Shown: one piece after another, positions 1 through 5,300 of the stretch
Position numbering within the stretch: position 1 is the first letter of the stretch
Layout of the letters: every line of letters starts with the position of its first letter
Assembly: GCA_903916665.1 (NCBI GenBank)
Contig: CAIWXP010000023.1
Location: 1 to 5,524, forward strand
Direction of reading: 5' to 3'
Length of the DNA: 5,524 bases
Source: Candidatus Iainarchaeum sp.
Lineage (GTDB): Archaea > Iainarchaeota > Iainarchaeia > Iainarchaeales > 0-14-0-20-30-16
Notes under the pieces: model-generated
Seen by the model: only the letters and a program-made list of their open reading frames with translations
Database searches by the model: none
What the model was told of the DNA's origin: nothing
Position numbers and translations under genes: made by a program

Positions 1-166
1 AATTTTTTCAGATAAAAATTTATTTCTAAAATGATTTCGTAATTAATCTAGTTCTAAAATTATATATTATTATACAAAGAATGAAGAATTAGTATGAAAA
101 TTTAAAACGACCTATTTAAATTCAAACTAAACATATTATTATAAAAAAATTAAGAATTCTAATTTT

Positions 167-173
167 GGAAGTG
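167..173 (+). promoter_or_regulatory. Shine-Dalgarno-like site (GGAAGTG) for the 182 ATG
   Basis: GGAAGTG lies 8 nt upstream of ATG 182 and has one mismatch to GGAGGTG. The background is AT-rich, so a purine/G cluster stands out. Confidence 0.35.
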
Positions 174-181
174 TTATTTTT

Positions 182-442
182 ATGGTTATTGAAAAGCTTA
201 CTGACAGATTTGAAAATCTATTTAGGTATGATACTTTTATCTTGGTTGGGCTATTAATGACCATTGGAACATTGGCTAAGTTATTGGGTTTTTGGAATAT
301 ATCATCAGATTGGTTTTGGTTATTGGCAGGTATTGGTTTAACTGTTGAAGGTACTATTTCAATGATTAAACAAAGACGCTTTGATCAGAAATTCAAGATT
401 GTTGATAGAAACGGTAATGAATTAAATAAGAATAAACTTTAG
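182..442 (+). CDS. Small hypothetical membrane protein (86 aa, two predicted transmembrane helices)
   Basis: ORF-track ORF. It has two hydrophobic stretches, FILVGLLMTIGTLAKLLGFW and WFWLLAGIGLTVEGTISMI, followed by a basic tail (KQRRFDQKFK). There is an SD-like site upstream and a tandem stop TAG-TAA. I recognise no family. Confidence 0.5.
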   Translation: MVIEKLTDRFENLFRYDTFILVGLLMTIGTLAKLLGFWNISSDWFWLLAGIGLTVEGTISMIKQRRFDQKFKIVDRNGNELNKNKL

Positions 443-445
443 TAA

Positions 446-464
446 TTGTGATTAACTATCACAA
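446..464. terminator. Short perfect inverted repeat (TTGTGAT-TAACT-ATCACAA) between convergent genes
   Basis: The 7-bp arms at 446-452 and 458-464 are exact reverse complements around a 5-nt loop. The repeat sits in the 16-bp gap between the stop of the + gene (440-442) and the stop of the - gene (459-461) and overlaps the latter. The stem is weak, with only 2 G:C pairs. Confidence 0.2.
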
Positions 465-1118
465 AACTATTTGTTCACCAATTTTTAAAACCTTAACTTT
501 AGTTTTTGTTTTAGTTTCAACTTGGGTTTTAAAATCATTAACATCTGCATTTATTTTTGCGAATGTGTTGTAGTGCATAGGGATACAAAATTTAGGTTCA
601 ACAAATTCAACTGCTTTAATAGCTTGCTTTATGTCCATTGTATATCTTCCACCAATTGGCAAAAGCAAAACATTTGGAGCATAGAGTTCTTTATATAATT
701 TCATGTCACTAAATAATCCTGTGTCGCCAGTATGATATAAAACTAACCCATCTTTTTCTAATATTACACCAACAGGATTTCCACTGTGATGTGCTTGAAC
801 AAAAGTAATTTTCCAACCAGCAATTTCTATTGAACCACCAATATTTAGGTCTTCATGTTTAAATTTAAATAATTCAGATGCATGTAGGTTTTCGCCAGTT
901 CCAATTACTGTTGCACCTGTTTTTTCAGCAATGGTTTTTGCTCCTTGGAAATGATCGGCATGGCCATGAGTTATAACAACAACATCAACGTTTTCTAAAT
1001 CTTCTTGTTTTAAAGTGTAAGGTGCTTCTAATCCCCAATGTTCTATTCTTTCAACAAAAGGATCAATAATTAAATTATCAATTTTAAAACCCGCATGTCC
1101 TAACCATTTAATATTCAT
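459..1118 (-). CDS. Metal-dependent hydrolase, metallo-beta-lactamase fold, UPF0173 (YtkL-like) family
   Basis: The 219-aa product starts MNIKWLGHAGFKI, which is typical of the family N-terminus. It carries the HxHxDH metal motif (ITHGHADH), then YHTGDTGLFSDM, LLPIGGRYTM and PMHYNTF, all collinear with UPF0173 proteins as I remember them. A strong SD lies upstream. Confidence 0.85.
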   Translation of the reverse strand: MNIKWLGHAGFKIDNLIIDPFVERIEHWGLEAPYTLKQEDLENVDVVVITHGHADHFQGAKTIAEKTGATVIGTGENLHASELFKFKHEDLNIGGSIEIAGWKITFVQAHHSGNPVGVILEKDGLVLYHTGDTGLFSDMKLYKELYAPNVLLLPIGGRYTMDIKQAIKAVEFVEPKFCIPMHYNTFAKINADVNDFKTQVETKTKTKVKVLKIGEQIVL

Positions 1119-1123
1119 AGCAA

Positions 1124-1130
1124 CACCTCT
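1124..1130 (-). promoter_or_regulatory. Shine-Dalgarno (AGAGGTG on the minus strand) for the MBL-fold hydrolase gene
   Basis: The plus-strand cacctct reads AGAGGTG on the minus strand, 5 nt upstream of ATG 1118. It lies inside the 18-bp spacer after the fen stop (1137-1139). Confidence 0.6.
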
Positions 1131-1136
1131 GTATAA

Positions 1137-2180
1137 TTAACCCCACAAAGTCTTTTGAGCTTTCTTTTCAGTTAATGTTTTTTCTAATTCATTTAATGTA
1201 TTATTAACTCGATCTTCATTAAATTCATATTTACTAATTAATAAATCTTTAATCTTTGGAAAATTTGGTAATTGTGGTTTGTTAATTTCAATATCTTTTG
1301 CTTTGGGTTTCCAAAATATATCAAATACTTCCTGAGGATCATAGTCTGGTTTATATTCTAATTTTGCAAATATGTTTTCCAAAGAATCATTTTCTTGCAC
1401 CAATTTAATTGCTGTTTTTGGTCCAACCTTAGGAACCTTTTCATTAAAGTCTGTACCAATTAACATACCAATCCAAATTAGTTTTTCTCTTGTTAATTGC
1501 ATTTTATCTAAGGTTTTTTCCAAATTAATGTGTTCTGGTTTAACCTGTATATAGTAATCTTTACCCATTGCTTTTTTCTTTCCAGATATTGCAATATTCT
1601 TGTAAAGATCTTTTCCTCCAAGCAATAAAACATCGTAATCCTGTGAAACAATTCCATCTAATTTTCCTTGCATGTTCATTACACTTAATTGTGCTTCTCC
1701 ATCATGCAAAGCATCAAAGTGTTGAATATTAAAAGCATCTAATAATTCTTTTGCATTTGAAATCATTTCAGGAGTTATTTTTGCAGTTCGTTTCATTAAT
1801 TGCGCAGAGCCTTCTAAATCTCCGGCTAACTTTTTTATTTCTGCATTTTTACTTGCTTCAATTTTAATGTCATGCCTTTTTGTAATTGTATCTTTCTTTA
1901 GATCTAAACTTTTACCATCAAAAACAAAAGCTAAATTAATATTTTCTTGTAATAACTTAGACATTCTATAAAATAATCCTATAATATGACTTGTAACAAT
2001 ACCTTGTGAATTAGTTAGATATTCACCATTTAGGTCTCTAATAGTAGTAAGAAATTGATAGGTAATGTTATGACCATCCACACCAAGAGTTTTGTTCTTC
2101 AAGCTACTTAGCTCGATTTCTTCTTTCCAAATTAAATCGCCAATCGGTGTTCCCATAATATCACTTATATATAATGTCAT
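1137..2180 (-). CDS. fen: Flap endonuclease 1 (FEN1, archaeal/eukaryal XPG-family 5' nuclease)
   Basis: The product is collinear with archaeal FEN1. Matching blocks include MGTPIGDLI..KEEIEL, GVDGHNITYQFLTTIR, TSHIIGLFYR and FVFDG. They also include DGEAQ, SQDYDVLLLG, LTREKLI..GMLIGTDFN, and a C-terminal Q-containing PCNA-type tail. The acidic active-site residues are present, and the first Glu of the usual EGE is Asp here. The longest ORF starts at 2180 (MTLYISDIMG...). Homology favours the internal ATG at 2156 (MGTPIG...) as the true start. Confidence 0.93.
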   Translation of the reverse strand: MTLYISDIMGTPIGDLIWKEEIELSSLKNKTLGVDGHNITYQFLTTIRDLNGEYLTNSQGIVTSHIIGLFYRMSKLLQENINLAFVFDGKSLDLKKDTITKRHDIKIEASKNAEIKKLAGDLEGSAQLMKRTAKITPEMISNAKELLDAFNIQHFDALHDGEAQLSVMNMQGKLDGIVSQDYDVLLLGGKDLYKNIAISGKKKAMGKDYYIQVKPEHINLEKTLDKMQLTREKLIWIGMLIGTDFNEKVPKVGPKTAIKLVQENDSLENIFAKLEYKPDYDPQEVFDIFWKPKAKDIEINKPQLPNFPKIKDLLISKYEFNEDRVNNTLNELEKTLTEKKAQKTLWG

Positions 2181-2189
2181 TAAGATATA

Positions 2190-2197
2190 TTTATATA
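2190..2197 (+). promoter_or_regulatory. Candidate archaeal TATA box (TTTATATA) for the giant + strand gene
   Basis: This is an exact match to the archaeal box-A consensus TTTATATA. It lies about 40-47 nt upstream of ATG 2237. A start site about 25 nt downstream would give a short leader containing the GGGG SD-like element. TATA-like strings are common in DNA this AT-rich. Confidence 0.3.
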
Positions 2198-2199
2198 CT

Positions 2200-2207
2200 A
2201 TTATAAA
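2200..2207 (-). promoter_or_regulatory. Candidate TATA box (TTTATAAT on the minus strand) for fen
   Basis: The minus strand reads TTTATAAT at 2207..2200. A start site about 25 nt downstream falls near 2178-2180. That implies either a leaderless transcript from ATG 2180 or a roughly 24-nt leader for ATG 2156. The AT-rich background makes this weak. Confidence 0.2.
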
Positions 2208-2224
2208 GTAATATAATTGAATTT

Positions 2225-2231
2225 AAAGGGG
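2225..2231 (+). promoter_or_regulatory. SD-like purine/G run (AAAGGGG) upstream of ATG 2237
   Basis: This is the only G cluster in the intergenic region and it ends 5 nt before the ATG. Confidence 0.4.
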
Positions 2232-2236
2232 TTTTA

Positions 2237-2314
2237 ATGGTAAATAAATTGGTTTCAATTTTTATATTATTTTTTAGTTTATTATTTATTTTATCATTAA
2301 CATATGGTACTGCT
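2237..2314 (+). other. N-terminal Sec-type signal peptide (or signal anchor) of the giant protein
   Basis: MVNK is the basic n-region, LVSIFILFFSLLFILSL is the h-region, and TYG-TA has small residues in the c-region. The exact cleavage site cannot be determined by eye. Confidence 0.6.
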
Positions 2315-5300
2315 TGGCCTGGAAGTAATGCAACGGAAATTCAACAAAATTTGCCAGGAGGGTATGAGCCATCAGGTGTTATTTGGCATCCCTATTATAA
2401 TGCTTTATTTACAGTAAGTGATGGTGGGACATTAAGTAAAATGGATTTAAATGGGGACAATGTAACTAATTGGTCTGTGCCTGGTGATTTAGAAGGAGTA
2501 ACAATAATTGATTCCAAATCAAAATATGTTTATATTGTAGTAGAATACCCCTATGCAATAATTCAATTTGATCCATCAAAAGGGGAAATAGTAAAAACAA
2601 TTTCTTTAACTGGAGTTATTCCTGCAACAGTTGCACCAAACCAAGGAATTGAAGGAATTGCATATGTTCCCAATGGTTATCATCCTTACGCAAATAGTTT
2701 AAATGGTGGTTTATTTTATTTTGGGGTTCAAGAAAATGGAACAATTTATGTTGTTGATATAAATTTTGATTCTGAATTAGCAACATTAGATGCAAATTTT
2801 ATTCCTGTGTCTAATCCTTTGAGAACTGATATTTCAGATTTATTTTTTAGTACAGATACTAATACATTGTATGTTTTATATGATAGTGCAAATAAGTTAA
2901 GAGAAATAACTACAACTAATAATCTTATTAAAGAATATGATGTTCCAGGAACAGAACAAGAAGGCATCACAATTTTATCATTGTGTCCAAATGCAACAAC
3001 CAATATTTTTATTGCAGAAGATACTCCTGCAAAATTAACAAAATATAATGGCTATCCTGAAACGTGTAAGTTTGTGGATTTAAGTGTTGATGGAATATAT
3101 CCTAACCAAAATAATTTAATAAAAGGAGATCCACTAAATTTAATTCTGTATATTGTTAATAATGGAACTATTAGTACAGATCAGAATTTTTTTGTAAAAT
3201 ATTATATTGATAATATAGAGCAAACATTGTGTACTTTAAATATAAGCAATAGTTTAAGTGCAGGTTCTGGTAGTATTTATGGTTGTGGTAGATTAGATAT
3301 TTCAAATTTATCATTTGGTGATCATAATATTATGGGACTTGTTGATTATCAAGGGCCTGATGAAAATGAAGATAACAATTTTTTGATTAGTCAAATAAAT
3401 ATATACTATGATTTTCCTGGAGATAGTAATGGTTCTTCCGAAAATCCATATCAAATTAGAGATTTAAATGATTTAGATGCAATAAGATATTATTTAGATG
3501 CAAATTTTATTTTGATGAATGATATTAATGCCTCTGATACAATTAATTGGAATGATAATAATGGTTTTGAACCAATAGGTTATGATTGGGATAATTTGTT
3601 TTCAGGATCATTTGATGGAAATAATTATGCAATAAATAATTTGTATATTTATAGATCAAATGAAAGTAATGTGGGATTATTTGGTATAATTGGTTCAACA
3701 GGTAGAATTTCAAATTTAAATTTGAATGATTTTAATATAACTGGTAATAATAATACAGGTGCTTTAGCAGGATATTCTTTAGGAGATATAAATAATTCAC
3801 ATTTTAGTGGAACAGTTAATGGTACAAATAATATTGTTGGTGAACTAGTTGGTTATAATAGAGGCAATATAAATTATTCTTCTGGAAATGGAATTGTTAA
3901 TGGAACATATAATCAAACAGGTGGTTTAGTTGGTTTTATGAATTTAGGTAGCATTGATAATTCTTATTTTATTGGAAATGTAAATGGAGATAGTGAATTA
4001 GGTGGTTTAGTTGGAGAATTAGATGGCCAAGATTTAAATAATTCTTATTCTATTGTAAAAGTAAATGGCATAGGTCATAATATAGGTGGATTAGTTGGAA
4101 AAAATAACGGGCATATAAACAATTCTAACTCAGATTCAAATGTAAATGGTCAATATACTATTGGTGGTTTAATTGGTCTTAATGAATCTTTAGGAATAAT
4201 ATTTAATTCTCATTCCAATGGTTTTGTTATAGGATCAGATGGTATTGGTGGTTTATTAGGAACTAATTTAGGAATTGTTTCAAATTCATATTCAAGTTCA
4301 GATACAAATAACTCTGGCAATACAAATGGTGGTTTAATAGGCTCTAACTATGGTTTAGTTTCTGAATCCTATGCAAGTGGAAATGTATATTCTGAAGGAT
4401 CAAGTGTAGGCGGCTTAATTGGTTTTAGTGATGTAAATAATATTTCAAATTGTTATTCTATAGGCAATGTAATTGGTGACTCTGGTGTTGGTGGTTTAAT
4501 AGGAGCATTAAGCACTGGTGAAATTATAAATTCTTATTCTATTAGTGATGTTAATGGATCAGGAAATCATGTTGGTGGTTTAGTAGGAGAATGTGATGAT
4601 ACAATAATTAATTCATTTTGGGATATTAATACATCGCATCAATTAGATAGTAATGGAGGAATTGGAAAAACAACAGAACAAATGAAAGATATTAATACTT
4701 TTACAGATGCCAATTGGAACTTTGATAATATTTGGAAAAAAAATAATATTGATAATAGTGGTTATCCATATTTGCAATGGCAAAGTTATGAACAATATAT
4801 TGATTTAAATGTAGTTATAAATGATATTCCAGATGTAAATGTAGGACATTATGTTTCATTTCAGTGTACAGTTTATAATTTTGGAAATATTACCGCAAAT
4901 CTTATAGAAGTTGCAACTGTTATTGATGGTGAATCTAGCAGTTCAACATTTGGATCTCAAGAAAATTTATTGCCAGGGCAATCTATGAATTTTGATTTTG
5001 GATTTTCTCCTTCTTTTAAAGAAGATGATGCAAATATTGGTTGTGTTGTAAAGAATTATTATACTTATAATGATTATATGGACGATAATTTTAATGATCG
5101 CAATTCAAATAATAATTTTGTTTACGCAATAAAATCAATAGGATCAGATACAAATGTTGATTTAGCAGTAACAAATATTAGATTAAATAAAAACACATCA
5201 GGATCAAATACAATATATGTTGATGTAAATAATTTGGGTACAGAAATCTCAAGTCATGATTTTAGATTAAATCTTAGTGATAGCTCAAGACATTATAGAG

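Noticed and set aside
24-60. 9-bp direct repeat TTCTAAAAT at 24-32 and 52-60 in the upstream non-coding region
   Set aside because: It is short and composed almost only of A/T in DNA that is about 70% A+T. A chance occurrence is plausible and there is no third copy or associated structure.
153-160. 8-bp palindrome AGAATTCT just upstream of the SD of the small ORF, a possible operator
   Set aside because: Short AT-rich palindromes are expected by chance here. The symmetry does not extend and there is no second half-site, so it cannot be supported from sequence alone.
1-181. Possible gene end, tRNA/ncRNA or specific promoter in the leading 181 bp
   Set aside because: All three + frames hit stops within the first 34 nt, so I cannot tell whether an upstream gene ends here. 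The only minus-strand ATG (134-132) stops after 10 codons. The region is too AT-rich for a tRNA-like fold. Several TATA-like strings (59-75, 113-121, 135-148) are equally plausible, so no single promoter call is justified.
1372-1554. ORF-track plus-strand ORF of 60 aa inside fen
   Set aside because: It is fully nested antisense within the well-supported FEN1 gene. It has no SD and no recognisable features, so it is a shadow ORF.
1695-1703. FEN1 active-site motif reads D-G-E instead of the usual E-G-E, which might suggest an inactive enzyme
   Set aside because: Glu to Asp retains the metal-binding carboxylate. All other acidic active-site positions are present: GVDG, FVFDG, SQDYD and GTDFN. 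This is not evidence of inactivation.
2746-3003. ORF-track minus-strand ORF of 85 aa (MVVAFGHNDKIVMPSCS...)
   Set aside because: It lies entirely antisense to the long + strand reading frame, whose product has clear domain homology across this interval. The peptide is low-complexity with no recognisable motifs. It is an artefact of stop-poor antisense frames in AT-rich coding DNA.
3659-4621. Regular ~81-nt periodicity considered as a possible CRISPR array or non-coding satellite
   Set aside because: The repeats are imperfect and lie in an unbroken reading frame. They are conserved at the peptide level (GGLVG turns) rather than as exact DNA repeats with unique spacers, and all period lengths are multiples of 3. 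This is a coding tandem repeat, not CRISPR.
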